Origin: an uncultured virus (IMG/VR IMGVR_UViG_3300032323_001292)
Taxonomy: Duplodnaviria; Heunggongvirae; Uroviricota; Caudoviricetes
Virus record (IMG/VR): IMGVR_UViG_3300032323_001292
Direction: 5' to 3' (one strand)
DNA length: 32,642 bases
In this document: piece by piece, positions 32,445-32,642 of the stretch
How positions within the stretch are numbered: the first letter of the stretch is position 1
How the letters are laid out: every line of letters begins with the position of its first letter
Program-made: the position numbers and the translations under genes
Notes under the pieces: model-generated
The model's input: only the letters and a program-made list of their open reading frames with translations
What the model was told of the DNA's origin: nothing
The model's database searches: none

Positions 32445-32642
32445 ATGGGATAAGCCATTTTCTGAAAAAATTAAAAAAAGAGTTTCTAAGATACCTACTG
32501 CTGAGTTAGATATGTGGGCTAGCCAATCTTTATATGAACTTGGAAGATGCCTTTCAGCTTATGAAAAAAATAGAGAAGATGTTTATTTACAAGAAGCTCT
32601 TACTGGAGCAGAAGCTTTACATGCAGTTTTAGATGAATTACA
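32425..32642 (+). CDS. Partial (5' end) hypothetical protein
   Basis: GTG start after AGGAGG. MFKKTTKWDKPFSEKIKKRVSKIPTAELDMW... stays open to the window end. Confidence 0.65.
   Translation, partial: MFKKTTKWDKPFSEKIKKRVSKIPTAELDMWASQSLYELGRCLSAYEKNREDVYLQEALTGAEALHAVLDEL

Noticed and set aside
1..32642. tRNA, tmRNA or rRNA genes
   Set aside because: No cloverleaf with a T-loop and acceptor stem was found by eye in the intergenic gaps. tRNAscan-SE or ARAGORN would be needed to exclude them formally.

Overview
AT-rich, gene-dense segment of a tailed dsDNA phage whose host is very likely an Actinomycetota (WhiB gene, actinobacterial LexA box, leaderless TANNNT-N6-ATG starts). The low GC suggests a small-genome freshwater lineage, which is inference only. 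There are three blocks. (1) 1-5.7 kb, + strand: a nucleotidyltransferase / HAD-like / TGT-barrel-like trio and a class II ribonucleotide reductase. (2) 5.7-17.9 kb, - strand: an early/host-takeover-like region with a MoxR-type AAA ATPase, a metallopeptidase-VWA partner, an Ntn hydrolase, DUF932 and many tiny ORFs. It is cut into modules by a repeated intergenic unit: terminator, then a long palindrome ending in GTTTGTGTTGG, then an 11-bp-period RTAACRAT direct repeat resembling the actinobacterial MtrA box, then a promoter. One unit has a near-perfect LexA SOS box where the palindrome would be. A separate intergenic hairpin at 8528-8576 exposes a loop complementary to the extended RBS shared by this region's genes. 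(3) 18-32.6 kb, mostly + strand: small basic proteins, nucleases, SAM decarboxylase, membrane and tail/adhesin-like proteins (one with a 14-Cys insert, one with a split PASTA-like domain), WhiB, lytic transglycosylase, holins, M23 endolysin and a KTSC protein. No tRNA, CRISPR array, integrase or transposase was recognised. All family names come from motif recognition by eye, not database searches.
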